A stretch of 64,000 bases of DNA from an uncultured Oscillospiraceae bacterium. GTDB taxonomy: Bacteria > Bacillota > Clostridia > Oscillospirales > Oscillospiraceae. A program made the translations under genes and the position numbers. Shown here piece by piece: positions 9,812 through 19,600 of the stretch. The notes beneath the pieces are model-generated. The model was not told where the DNA came from. It did not search any database and worked only from the letters and a program-made list of their open reading frames with translations. The DNA lies in NCBI GenBank assembly GCA_964535405.1, contig CAZHUG010000004.1, positions 7,392 to 71,391 on the forward strand, written 5' to 3'. Position 1 is the first letter of the stretch; the number at the start of each line of letters is the position of its first letter.

Positions 9812-9816
9812 ATCTT

Positions 9817-9849
9817 AAAAACGGCTCGCCTGCAGGCGAGCCGTTTTTA
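9817..9849 (+). terminator. Intrinsic terminator of the infC operon
   Basis: AAAAACGGCTCGCC tgca GGCGAGCCGTTTTT. Confidence 0.8.
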
Positions 9850-9969
9850 AGGTGAACCCTAGCGCATTTTTCGGCTTTATGAATGCAATCCCTTGCCAAG
9901 CACCATAATATGGTGTAAAATATTTTAGTCACATTGGCAATTAATAAAATCCACAGGAGGACATAATAT

Positions 9970-10533
9970 ATGGTATCTGCAGGCGAGTTTAGAAATGGTG
10001 TCACCTTTGAGATGGACGGTCAGGTCATGCAAGTGGTCGAGTTCCAGCACGTTAAGCCCGGCAAGGGCGCGGCTTTTGTCCGCACCACTATCAGAAACGT
10101 CATCACCGGTGCCGTTGTAGAAACATCTTTCAACCCCACCTCAAAGTTCGAGAGCGCAACCATCGACCGCAAGAGCATGGAATACAGCTATTCCGACGAC
10201 CACCTCTACTATTTCATGGACCCGGAGAGCTATGAGCTCATCCCCATTGAAGCCAACATGCTGGGCGACAGCTTCAGGTTTATCAAAGAGAACATGGTCT
10301 GCATGATCATGAGCTATAAGGACAAGGTTTTTGCTGTCGAGCCTCCCAACTTTGTTGAGCTCGAAGTCAGCAAAACCGATCCCGGCTTTGCCGGCAACAC
10401 TGCCACCAACACAACCAAGCCAGCTACGCTGGAGACCGGCGCGGAGGTTCGTGTGCCGCTGTTTATTAACGAGGGCGACCGCATCAAGATCGACACCCGC
10501 ACCGGCGACTACGTCGAGCGCGCTAAAGGTTAA
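9970..10533 (+). CDS. efp: Elongation factor P
   Basis: [33 protein letters not shown], which includes the KPGKG loop. Confidence 0.95.
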   Translation: MVSAGEFRNGVTFEMDGQVMQVVEFQHVKPGKGAAFVRTTIRNVITGAVVETSFNPTSKFESATIDRKSMEYSYSDDHLYYFMDPESYELIPIEANMLGDSFRFIKENMVCMIMSYKDKVFAVEPPNFVELEVSKTDPGFAGNTATNTTKPATLETGAEVRVPLFINEGDRIKIDTRTGDYVERAKG

Positions 10534-10570
10534 ACAATATTATTTAACAACACTAAGGAGGGACCGTGTG

Positions 10571-11026
10571 ATGACAACTGCAGAGAAAGTGGCGTACCTG
10601 AAGGGTCTGACTGATGGCTTCGGCATCGACAAGGAGTCCAAGGAAGGCAAGCTTTTGAATGTTGTAATCGACATTCTCGACGAGATCACCCACGACATCG
10701 AGGATCTGGAGGCTAACTCCTATGAACTGGGCGAGGCTATCGACCAGGTCAGCGACGATCTTGCCGATATCGAGGAGTTTTTCTTTGACGACGACGAGGA
10801 TGACGAGGACGACGATGAGTGCGGCTGCGGCTGTTGCTGCGACGACGATGAGGTTCCTGTTCTCTACGAGGTCACCTGCCCCGCATGCGAAAACACCATA
10901 ACCATCGATGAGGACGTTCTTGATCTGGGTTCTATCCAGTGCCCAAACTGCAGCGAGACGCTTGAGTTTGAAGGCATCGAGATCGAGGATGAGGACGAGG
11001 ATGACGAAGACGAGGACAAAGAGTAA
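10571..11026 (+). CDS. Highly acidic zinc-ribbon protein (CD1247-N-like, conserved downstream of efp in Clostridia)
   Basis: Start at ATG 10571 (MTTAEKVAYLKGL). D/E runs, CGCGCCC cluster, CPAC...CPNC ribbon. The track's 10331 start overlaps efp and is rejected. Confidence 0.6.
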   Translation: MTTAEKVAYLKGLTDGFGIDKESKEGKLLNVVIDILDEITHDIEDLEANSYELGEAIDQVSDDLADIEEFFFDDDEDDEDDDECGCGCCCDDDEVPVLYEVTCPACENTITIDEDVLDLGSIQCPNCSETLEFEGIEIEDEDEDDEDEDKE

Positions 11027-11118
11027 ATATGAAGCGGACGAGCCTCCCCTTTTTGGGAAGGCTCGTTTTTCTATATTGACAAAGTCACATTCGCGGACTA
11101 TACTTTCATTACAACAGA

Positions 11119-11210
11119 ATATAGGGGCGCTGGGTTTTCCCGGCTGAGATGCGGCTAATCGAGGTCGCGGACTCTTGAACCTGATGCGGGTAATGCCGAC
11201 GTAGGAAGAC
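11119..11210 (+). ncRNA. TPP (THI-box) riboswitch
   Basis: GGGGCGCTG...CTGAGA...AACCTGATGCGGGTAATGCCGACGTAGGAA matches the conserved THI-box cores. It sits upstream of the thiamine transporter gene. Confidence 0.85.
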
Positions 11211-11211
11211 C

Positions 11212-11250
11212 AAAAAACGCAGGCGGGCTTCTTCCGCTTGCGTTTTTTGC
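11212..11250 (+). terminator. Riboswitch expression-platform terminator
   Basis: AACGCAGGCGG / CCGCTTGCGTT hairpin followed by TTTTTT. Confidence 0.7.
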
Positions 11251-11283
11251 TTTCCGTCATCTATCAAAGGGAGGAAAGAAAAA

Positions 11284-11841
11284 ATGAAAAACCAACAACT
11301 ACGCACAATGTGCGAGGGTGCAATTTTCCTTGCGCTCGCCCTTGTTCTCAACATGCTCACGCTATTCAGGCTGCCAAACGGAGGTTCTGTAGACCTGGCT
11401 ATGCTCCCCATTTTCCTGTTTGCGCTCCGCTGGGGTCTCGGCTGGGGCCTGCTCGAGGGTTTTCTGTTTGGGCTTCTGCAGCTGCTTATTGACGGCGCCG
11501 TTGCCTGGGGCTGGCAGAGCCTCCTGCTCGACTATATCGTCGCCTTCACTCCGCTTGGCGTGGCGGGGCTGTTCCGCGGCAGGGGGAAGGGCATTTTTGC
11601 AGGCATTGGCCTGGCCTGCTTTCTGCGGTTCATTGTCCACTATATAAGCGGCGTGACCATCTACGCAATAAACGCGCCCCAGGAGCTCTTCGGCATGCTT
11701 CTCACGAACCCCTGGACCTTCTCGCTGGTCTATAACGGCAGCTATATGCTCATCGACACCGCACTGTGCCTCCTGCTCTTTGCATTTATGTATAGGCCGC
11801 TGGACAAGTACGTTCAGGCAAGGGATATTATCCGCGCCTGA
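11284..11841 (+). CDS. thiT: ECF-transporter S component for thiamine (ThiT)
   Basis: Six TM helices, N-terminus MCEGAIFLALALVLN, and TPP riboswitch context. Confidence 0.8.
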   Translation: MKNQQLRTMCEGAIFLALALVLNMLTLFRLPNGGSVDLAMLPIFLFALRWGLGWGLLEGFLFGLLQLLIDGAVAWGWQSLLLDYIVAFTPLGVAGLFRGRGKGIFAGIGLACFLRFIVHYISGVTIYAINAPQELFGMLLTNPWTFSLVYNGSYMLIDTALCLLLFAFMYRPLDKYVQARDIIRA

Positions 11842-11858
11842 CCGCTTGGAAGGCCTAT

Positions 11859-11901
11859 AAAAAGAGACAGGCCCCGCCATATGGCGGGGCCTGTCTTTTT
11901 T
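11859..11901. terminator. Bidirectional terminator (thiT / rpsR convergent)
   Basis: AAAGAGACAGGCCCCGCCAT / ATGGCGGGGCCTGTCTTT flanked by A and T runs. Confidence 0.8.
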
Positions 11902-11908
11902 ATAAGCC

Positions 11909-12148
11909 TTAGTCAGTGACGTAGGGCAGAAGAGCGATCTGACGTGAACGCTTGATAGCTTCAGTCAGTTCGCGCTGATGCATAGCGCAGGTGCCGGTAG
12001 TACGGCGCGGAAGGATCTTGCTGCGGTCGGAAACGAATTTCCTGAGCTTCGCGGTATCCTTGTAGTCTATGTTAGCACTCTTGTCCACGCAGAACTGGCA
12101 TACCTTTTTGCGCTTGCGATTTTTAGGTCCTCTGTTATCGTAAGCCAA
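11909..12148 (-). CDS. rpsR: 30S ribosomal protein S18
   Basis: [10 protein letters not shown]...[16 protein letters not shown]. Confidence 0.95.
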   Translation of the reverse strand: MAYDNRGPKNRKRKKVCQFCVDKSANIDYKDTAKLRKFVSDRSKILPRRTTGTCAMHQRELTEAIKRSRQIALLPYVTD

Positions 12149-12161
12149 AAGTCATACCTCC

Positions 12162-12635
12162 TTAAAATGGCAGCTCGCCGTCGCCGTCATCCAGCTCTGC
12201 AAAGGAGGAGGAACGTCCCTGAGGGGCGTTATAGCTGCTATCACTGTTGTTATAGCTGCTGTTTTCCTGTCTGCTGTAGCTGTCGCGGGACTCGCTGCGT
12301 GTATCGCCGCCATCGCGGCGTTTGGATTCACCGAAATAGATGTTTTCTGCGACAACCTCGGCGCTGCGGCGTTTGCCGCCTTCGCGATCGGTCCAGTCGC
12401 GGATCTGAAGGCGGCCTGAAACTACTGCCATGCTGCCTTTAGAAAAATACTTGGAGACGAACTCTCCGGTCTGCCTCCAGGCGACTACGTCGATGAAGTC
12501 TGTCTGCTTCTCCTCGCCTCGGCCGTAATCACGGTCAACTGCGAGTGTGAATGACGCAACCGGCGTCTGTGATTGGGTGAAGCGCAACTCGGGATCCCGA
12601 GTCAGGCGACCCATGATAACGATGTGGTTAAGCAT
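12162..12635 (-). CDS. ssb: Single-stranded DNA-binding protein
   Basis: MLNHIVIMGRLTRDPELRFT..., Gly/Ser-rich linker, acidic tip DDGDGELPF. Confidence 0.95.
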   Translation of the reverse strand: MLNHIVIMGRLTRDPELRFTQSQTPVASFTLAVDRDYGRGEEKQTDFIDVVAWRQTGEFVSKYFSKGSMAVVSGRLQIRDWTDREGGKRRSAEVVAENIYFGESKRRDGGDTRSESRDSYSRQENSSYNNSDSSYNAPQGRSSSFAELDDGDGELPF

Positions 12636-12649
12636 TACTTTAGCCCTCC

Positions 12650-12946
12650 TTATTCAGGACGGCGGGTGATAAGGCTACGCATCACGCCGTCGGTTATGCC
12701 AAGGACACGGTCCAACTCTGCGGGGAACTCGGGTCCGCTTGTGAACTTGACGAGAACATAGTAGCCGTCAGACATGTCGTCGATTTCGTAAGCCAGTTTG
12801 CGCTTACCAATCTCCTCCATCTCGTCTAGCGTGCCATGAAGCTCGACAAGCGCTTTGAATTTCTCTACGAGCGCGGCGGTCTCATCCTCCGTAATCGTTG
12901 CGTTGATAATGTACATCAATTCGTACTTTTCGCTTGTTTTTGCCAT
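12650..12946 (-). CDS. rpsF: 30S ribosomal protein S6
   Basis: Start moved to ATG 12946 after AAGGAGG (MAKTSEKYELMYIIN). Confidence 0.9.
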   Translation of the reverse strand: MAKTSEKYELMYIINATITEDETAALVEKFKALVELHGTLDEMEEIGKRKLAYEIDDMSDGYYVLVKFTSGPEFPAELDRVLGITDGVMRSLITRRPE

Positions 12947-13025
12947 TTGTGCACCTCCTTCCGGACTAATGGCCCGCGCTAAAGCGGGCAAGGATAAAGG
13001 CTCGCCCATTCGGACGAGCCTTTAG

Positions 13026-13053
13026 ATTATACAGGAATCTCAGTAAATGTCAA
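13026..13053 (-). promoter_or_regulatory. SigA-type promoter of rpsF-ssb-rpsR
   Basis: Minus strand reads TTGACA (13053-13048), 16-nt spacer, TATAAT (13031-13026). The roughly 70-nt UTR below it contains two hairpins. Confidence 0.55.
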
Positions 13054-13354
13054 GGTTTTTGCCGATTAATACTTGGGTTTTTGACTGATTATACGCTGAA
13101 ATTCATGCTTGTGTCGCCCTGAACATCTGTGCCGCGCATAAAAAACAGCTGCTTAAGTATACGGCACAAATTCCCATAATATAAGCGCGAGTTCACGTTT
13201 CGTTCATTTATCCAAAATTATGCCATAATCGCCTGAAAGCATTGATACGGCTAGATTTCCCATCAGATAGATAAATTTTTATTTAATTTAGCTCTAACGT
13301 TACTTTAATTTTCTTCGCGTACAATAAACACATAAAGCGAAAGGAGACACAAAC

Positions 13355-13582
13355 ATGATGAATAATACGATTATTAATATAAGCCCCGCCGAAGCCCGCA
13401 GAATAGCTCTTAAGGAGGCCGGCACAAAAAGCGGACAGTTCGTCTATCAGAAGCTTCTCAACGAGCCCGGAAAAGCCACATATCAGCTGGACTTTGTCAC
13501 TGATTTCATGAGCTACACCTGCTACGTGAACGCCGATTGCGGCGAGGTTGTCGGTTTCGACTACATGCCGACCGTAGCCTAA
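13355..13582 (+). CDS. PepSY-domain protein
   Basis: ISPAEARRIALKEAG...YQLDFVTDFMSYTCYVNADCGEVVGFD. Confidence 0.5.
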   Translation: MMNNTIINISPAEARRIALKEAGTKSGQFVYQKLLNEPGKATYQLDFVTDFMSYTCYVNADCGEVVGFDYMPTVA

Positions 13583-13741
13583 AACTTGCGCAGCTCTCTT
13601 TGAAATATACCCCTTCCTCCAACGTTTCAGGCCACACCCCCCGGTCTGAAAAAACGGCCTCACACATTTTTGTAGGATGTGTGGGGTCGTCTTTATTTTT
13701 TCGTGAAGTCGCGGCGACGGGCGACTCTGAGAACATTGCAT

Positions 13742-13775
13742 AAAAAGAGCGACGGTTTAAACCGTCGCTCTTTTT
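13742..13775. terminator. Bidirectional terminator
   Basis: AAAAAGAGCGACGG ttta aACCGTCGCTCTTTTT. Confidence 0.75.
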
Positions 13776-13781
13776 CAGGCT

Positions 13782-14213
13782 TCAGCCGCTGCAGCCGCAG
13801 CCGTGGCTCTCACCGTCGTGCCCGCCGCAGCCGCACTCATGTCCATTTTCATGGTCGCCGCAGGAGTGTTCACCGTCGTGGTGATCACAGTTAGGCTCAG
13901 GATTATAGCTCAGGATGCCTCTCGTCAATGCCTCAACGGCAAAATCCGCAAGACCGGTAATTCCGCCGAATACTCTTATGCCGGTCATGTTAAGGGCGTT
14001 CACGGCACCGGCACCAATGCCGCCGCAAATGAGAGTATCCACGCCGCGCTCGATCAGAAATACCGACAGCGCCTCATGTCCGGCGCCATCCACGGGGACT
14101 ATCTCCGAGGAAACAACCTCGCCATCGGCTACCTCGTATATTTTGAAGTTCTCGGTATGACCGAAGTGCTGGAATATCATCTCGTCCGAGTCGTAGCACA
14201 CTGCAATTTTCAT
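13782..14213 (-). CDS. NifB/NifX-family (dinitrogenase FeMo-cofactor-binding fold) protein with a His/Cys-rich tail
   Basis: MKIAVCYDSD...FGHTENFKIYEV...LICGGIGAGA. Tail is CDHHDGEHSCGDHENGHECGCGGHDGESHGCGCSG. Confidence 0.7.
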   Translation of the reverse strand: MKIAVCYDSDEMIFQHFGHTENFKIYEVADGEVVSSEIVPVDGAGHEALSVFLIERGVDTLICGGIGAGAVNALNMTGIRVFGGITGLADFAVEALTRGILSYNPEPNCDHHDGEHSCGDHENGHECGCGGHDGESHGCGCSG

Positions 14214-14283
14214 ATTGGCCTCCTTATATTGTTACTTGCACAACAGTTTAATACAATTTATGCCCCCGCGTCAAGTGGATTAA

Positions 14284-15219
14284 TCACTGCTCGTATATGC
14301 CGCCGCCGATAAACTCGCGAACAAGCGAATCCGGCGCGACAAGCGAGTTATCTATATGCCCGAAAAGCTGGATAGCAGGCAGGACGCTCTTGAGCTCATC
14401 ATAGCGCTCGATACCCTCCGGAATGGAGGAGAAAAGCTCGGTTGCTATGCTGTTCATGACCGGCAGCTCATAAGGCAGGGCAGTGTCAAGGCGCAGATTC
14501 GCTCTGTCCTTAAACGGCGAAATGTAGAGCTTTTCACCGCGTCGGACGTTTGCCCACATCGCCAGGGTCATTGCCGGGTCATAGGCACGGAAAAGATGAT
14601 CGCGCACGGTCCTGCGCACAAGACGCATCCAGGTGCCCTTGAATGCCAGGCTGCCCTCAAACTCAATGTTTGAGCGCGCCGAGATATAGAGCTTGAACGC
14701 CTCCGTATGGGCGCTTGTGATCTCGTCATTGAGCGCATGGATGCCCTCGAAGATCGCAATCTCGTCCTTTCTGAGCTTCAGGGACTTGGATGGCTCCAGC
14801 ACGCGCATCTGGCGGGCAAATTCGTATTTGGGAACCAAAATGCGCTCGCCACGGCTCAGCTTGCTGAAATGCTCGTTCATGAGCTCCATGTCCATGCAAA
14901 GAGGACTTTCAAAATCCAGCTCACCACTTCTGGTGCGCGGCGCAGTTTCCGGATCAACTGTGCGGAAATAGTTATCCATGCTTATCGTATAGGTGCGAAT
15001 GCCCCGACGCCCAAGCTCCTCCTCGATCTTCTGCGCAGTCGTGGTCTTTCCGCTGCCTGAGGGGCCGGACAGCAGGACAATGGGGCTTCTCTTCATATTT
15101 TCACTTATCATGTCCCCGGCGGTTGACACCTTCTTCGCATACTGAGCATCACACTCAGCCAAAAAACCCTTCGGGTCAGCCACTGTTTTAAAATTAATCT
15201 CCTTGAGATCAAATGCCAT
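14284..15219 (-). CDS. Uridine-kinase-family nucleoside kinase
   Basis: Walker A LLSGPSGSGKTT, then ISMDNYF. Confidence 0.65.
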   Translation of the reverse strand: MAFDLKEINFKTVADPKGFLAECDAQYAKKVSTAGDMISENMKRSPIVLLSGPSGSGKTTTAQKIEEELGRRGIRTYTISMDNYFRTVDPETAPRTRSGELDFESPLCMDMELMNEHFSKLSRGERILVPKYEFARQMRVLEPSKSLKLRKDEIAIFEGIHALNDEITSAHTEAFKLYISARSNIEFEGSLAFKGTWMRLVRRTVRDHLFRAYDPAMTLAMWANVRRGEKLYISPFKDRANLRLDTALPYELPVMNSIATELFSSIPEGIERYDELKSVLPAIQLFGHIDNSLVAPDSLVREFIGGGIYEQ

Positions 15220-16672
15220 AGAATTCCTCTATCCTTTCCTTGCCGGCGCAGATCGAGCTTATGCCGCTTATGTATTCATGCGGGTATTTGGGGGCGTAGA
15301 ACTTCTCCATGCGCCCGGGCGCCACCAGCTTTGTAGAGCCACCTGCACCCATCGAGATTATGCCGCAGAGCTGCTCCATTATGCAGATATTATAAATATT
15401 GTCATAGCCGGGCTTCGTCCAGCCCACATTCTCAAAGCCGCCGGACATAAACTTCTGTCTGTAGAGATAATATGGCTCGTACCCGCCGGACGGCAGCCGG
15501 GTCATCGCCTCGTCGAGCATATTGTCCACCGCCCCCGCCGGGCAAAGCTCCCCGCCGCCGATTAAAAGGCGTGAGCCCTTCTTCAAAGACAGGGTGTGCA
15601 CGGTTATATTCTCCGGCTCGAGCGCAAGAACCGCGTCGAGCGTTTTTGAAAAGCCCTCCGTCGAATCTCCCGTGAGACCCGCAATCAAATCCATATTGAC
15701 GGCAAGACCCGGAACTGCCCGCACGAGACACAGCGCGTCTATTACATCCTGCGCAGTATGTCTGCGTCCTATGCCCTCGAGCACGGCGTCGCTCATTGTC
15801 TGGGGGTTCACGCTCACTCTGTTCACGCCGTGTGAGCGCAGAACGCGGAGCTTTTCCTCACTTATCGTATCCGGTCTTCCGGCCTCAACAGTATACTCTC
15901 GCAGCGCCGAAAGGTCAAAGCGCTCAGCAAGGCGTGAGCAGAGCGTATTAAGCAGCTCCGCCGAGAGGGTCGTCGGTGTGCCGCCGCCCATATATATTGC
16001 GACAGGGCGCAGACCGGCACGACGCACAGCCTGCGCCGTCGCGTCAATGTCCAGCAGCAGCGCTTCCATAAACGGAGCTATGAGCTTCATCGATTTTTCC
16101 ACAGACTGACTCACAAAGCTGCAATAATCGCAGCGCGTCGGGCAAAACGGTATGCCGATATAAAGGCACACGTCACGCGGCCCCAGGCTCCCCGCCGTGC
16201 GCTCGGAGGCGAGCGCCGCAGAAAGGCAGAGCCCGCTCCTCGCGTCCGAGACAAAATATTCGCGCTTAAATTTTCCCTTTGCCGCAAGCGGCGACATGCC
16301 CTCGCGCAGGTACGCGCTCATGAGCTTTGCCGGTCGGACACCCGTGAGAAAGCCCCACTCCGGCTTTCTCACGCCGGAGGCCAGGGCCGCGCGGTAGAAG
16401 GCAAGCTTCACAATCCGGCTCAAATAATGCGCCTTGCTGTCAGCATCGCTCATGCGCGAACTGAGCACTGCCGCGCGACCGCGGAATGTTCCTCCGGCTG
16501 TGACAAGCAGGCAGGTACAGGTCGTCATCTTCTCGCCGTGCGTCACGCGCAGCTCGCAGCGCTCGCCCTCGGGCTCCCCCTCGGGGTATTCGGGACGCTC
16601 AGTGGGAAAGAGCGTCATCATAGTCTGCTCAACGGCATAGCGCTTGTTATGACCGCTTAGATACAGTCTCAT
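15209..16672 (-). CDS. hemZ: Radical-SAM coproporphyrinogen dehydrogenase HemZ-like
   Basis: N-terminus MRLYLSGHNKRYAVEQ, and radical-SAM motif CPTRCDYCSF. Confidence 0.75.
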   Translation of the reverse strand: MRLYLSGHNKRYAVEQTMMTLFPTERPEYPEGEPEGERCELRVTHGEKMTTCTCLLVTAGGTFRGRAAVLSSRMSDADSKAHYLSRIVKLAFYRAALASGVRKPEWGFLTGVRPAKLMSAYLREGMSPLAAKGKFKREYFVSDARSGLCLSAALASERTAGSLGPRDVCLYIGIPFCPTRCDYCSFVSQSVEKSMKLIAPFMEALLLDIDATAQAVRRAGLRPVAIYMGGGTPTTLSAELLNTLCSRLAERFDLSALREYTVEAGRPDTISEEKLRVLRSHGVNRVSVNPQTMSDAVLEGIGRRHTAQDVIDALCLVRAVPGLAVNMDLIAGLTGDSTEGFSKTLDAVLALEPENITVHTLSLKKGSRLLIGGGELCPAGAVDNMLDEAMTRLPSGGYEPYYLYRQKFMSGGFENVGWTKPGYDNIYNICIMEQLCGIISMGAGGSTKLVAPGRMEKFYAPKYPHEYISGISSICAGKERIEEFYGI

Positions 16673-19600
16673 TTCATGGTCATCAGCAGCTCGCCTGCTT
16701 TAACGGTGCTGCCGGCTTCGACAAGCACCTCGCCCACCACGCCGTCCATGCGTGCGACCACCGATGTCTCCATCTTCATGGCCTCAATAATGGCAACAAC
16801 CTGATTCACGGTCACTGTATCGCCGGGCTTCACAGAAACCTTGGACACCATGCCCGGTATGGACGCGCCGATCTGACCCTTATCCTCGGGATCAGCCATG
16901 GTGATCCTTCTGGAGGTATCCGGGGCTTTGGGGTCGGGCACCGCAACCTCGCGGCGCATGCCGTTCAGCTCAAACTGCACGGTTCTCGTGCCGTCCTCGT
17001 TCAAATCGCCCAGACCAAGATATTTTATGACCAGCGTCTTGCCTTCTTCAATGTTTATCTGGGTGGTCTCGCCCTCTGCCATGCCGTCAAAGAACACGTG
17101 GCTGCCCATGCGGGCGATATAACCGTACTCCTTGCGGTGGGTAAAGAAGTCCTGAAGTACCTTTGGATACATGGCGTATGAAATCAGGCTGCGCTTCGAG
17201 GGATCGGGTGAGTATACCTCCACCTCTGTGCGCACTGCGTCCCAATCCACCGGCGGCAGCAGATCGCCCGGACGGCAGCTTATCGGCTCCTCGCCCTTGA
17301 GCACCACGCGCTGCAAATCAATCGGGAAGCCGCTCGGCGGCTGACCCATCATGCCCTTGAAGTAGGATACAACGGAGTCCGGGAAGGCGAGTGACTCGCC
17401 GCGAGCCACTATGTTATCGGCATTGAGGTTATTCTGAACCATGAATATCGCCAGATCGCCCACCATCTTGGAGGACGGAGTGACTTTTATGATATCGCCC
17501 AGCATTTCGTTGACCGTGCGGTACATCTCCTTGACCTCGTCAAAGCGATGCCCAAGCCCCAGTGCATTTACCTGCGGCTGGAGGTTTGTGTACTGTCCGC
17601 CGGGTATCTCGAAGCGGTAAATTTCCGTCATGGGCGTTGTCATGCCCTGATCGAAGCTGACATAGCGCTCGCGCACGTCCGTCCAGTAGTCGGAGAGGAG
17701 CTGAAGCTGATCTGAACTGAAGCCCGTGTCGCGCTCGGTGCCGCGCATCGCCTCGACAAGCGAGTTCATGCTCGGCTGACTCGTAAGACTTGACAGGGGT
17801 CCAATGGCGCAGTCAACTATATCAACGCCCGCCTCGGCAGCCAGAAGATAGCTGGCGATCTGGTTATCGGTGGTGTTATGGGTGTGCAGGTGGATGGGGA
17901 CACCGATTTCGTTCTTCAAGGCGGTGATCAGCGCCTTTGCGCCGTAGGGCTTCAGCAGACCGGACATGTCCTTGACGCAGATGGTGTGTGCGCCGCGCCG
18001 CGCCAGCTCCTTTGCAAAGTCCACGTAGTACTTCAGCGTGTATTTATCGCGCTTCGGATCCAAAATATCGCCCGTATAGCAGACAGTGGCCTCCAAAAGC
18101 TTGTTTGTGCGCAAAACGGCCTCCATCGCGGGTTCCATGCCCGGTATCCAGTTCAGGGAATCGAACACGCGGAACACGTCTATGCCTGCATTGGCGGCTT
18201 CCTCCACGAAATCTGAAACCAGATTGTCGGGGTAGTTTGAATAGCCGACGAGGTTTGAGCCGCGCAGGAGCATCTGGAAGGGAATGTTCGGGATCTCTTT
18301 CCTGAGCAGATCAATTCTCTCCCAGGGCGACTCAAACAGGAAGCGATAGGCAGTGTCAAAGGTCGCACCGCCCCACATCTCCAGCGAGAAGCAGTCGGCC
18401 AAAAAGTCTGCGGTACCGGCGGCGCCCTTGACCATGTCGCGTGTGCGCATTCGGGTTGAGAGCAGTGACTGGTGCGCATCGCGCATGGTTGTGTCGGTCA
18501 CGAGCAGTTTTTTCTGATCCATGACCCACTTTGAGACCGCTTCCGGCCCCTTGGTGTCAAGTATATGCTTGAGACCCATTTTGCCTGTTATCTCGCGAGT
18601 CGGCTTGGGGTAGCGCGGGGTTGAGTACTCGCGATGATGGTTGTCGGGCTTTGCCACCTGAATGCCCGCAATATACTTCAACACGCGCGTGGCTCTGTCG
18701 CGGCTCTCCTCGATGTCGAAAAGCTCCTCCGTCTCGTCGATAAACTTGGTGTGACATTCGCCCGACATGAAGGTCGGGTGGTTCAGGATATTGGTGACGA
18801 AGGAAATGTTCGTCTTGACGCCGCGGACATGCTCCTCGTTGATGGCTCTGCGCGCCTTGCGGCAGACCGCCTCGAAGGTGCGGTCCCAGCTCGTCACCTT
18901 GACGAGCAGGCTGTCGTAATAGGGGCTTATCTCCGCACCCGCTGCCGCGTTACCGCCGTCCAGACGCACGCCGAAGCCGCCGCCTGAGCGGTAGGCGCTT
19001 ATCCTGCCGTTGTCGGGGGCAAAATTATTCTTCGGATCTTCGGTCGTGACACGGCACTGGATTGAATAGCCGTCCATTTTGAGATCCGACTGCTCCGCAA
19101 GACCGATCTCCGGGTGGGAAAGCGGTACTCCCGCGGCTATGAGTATCTGCGCGCGAACAAGGTCAATGCCCGTGACCATCTCCGTCACGGTATGCTCAAC
19201 CTGTATGCGCGGGTTCATCTCGATAAAATAGTGCTTGCCGTTCTTGTCGACAAGAAACTCGACCGTGCCGGCGTTCACGTACCCGACCGCCTTGGCGATC
19301 TTCACCGCGTCGGCACACAGGCGCTCGCGAATCTCGGGCGCGACGCTCCACGCCGGCGCAAACTCCACGACCTTCTGATAGCGGCGCTGGAGCGAGCAGT
19401 CGCGCTCGCCCAGATGCCGGACGCAGCCGTGCTCGTCAGCGAGTATCTGAACCTCTATATGCTTCGGCTCGACAAGATACTTCTCGATGAAAATCGTGTC
19501 GTCACCAAAGGCCTTGCGGGCCTCGTTTTTCACAAGCTCAAACGACGGGGCAATATCCTCCGGCTTTTCGCACAGGCGCATACCGCGCCCGCCGCCACCG

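Noticed and set aside
13283-13741. 152-aa minus-strand ORF overlapping the PepSY gene
   Set aside because: It has no SD and spans AT-rich promoter DNA. The + strand PepSY ORF has a proper GGAGA-ATG start and domain pattern.
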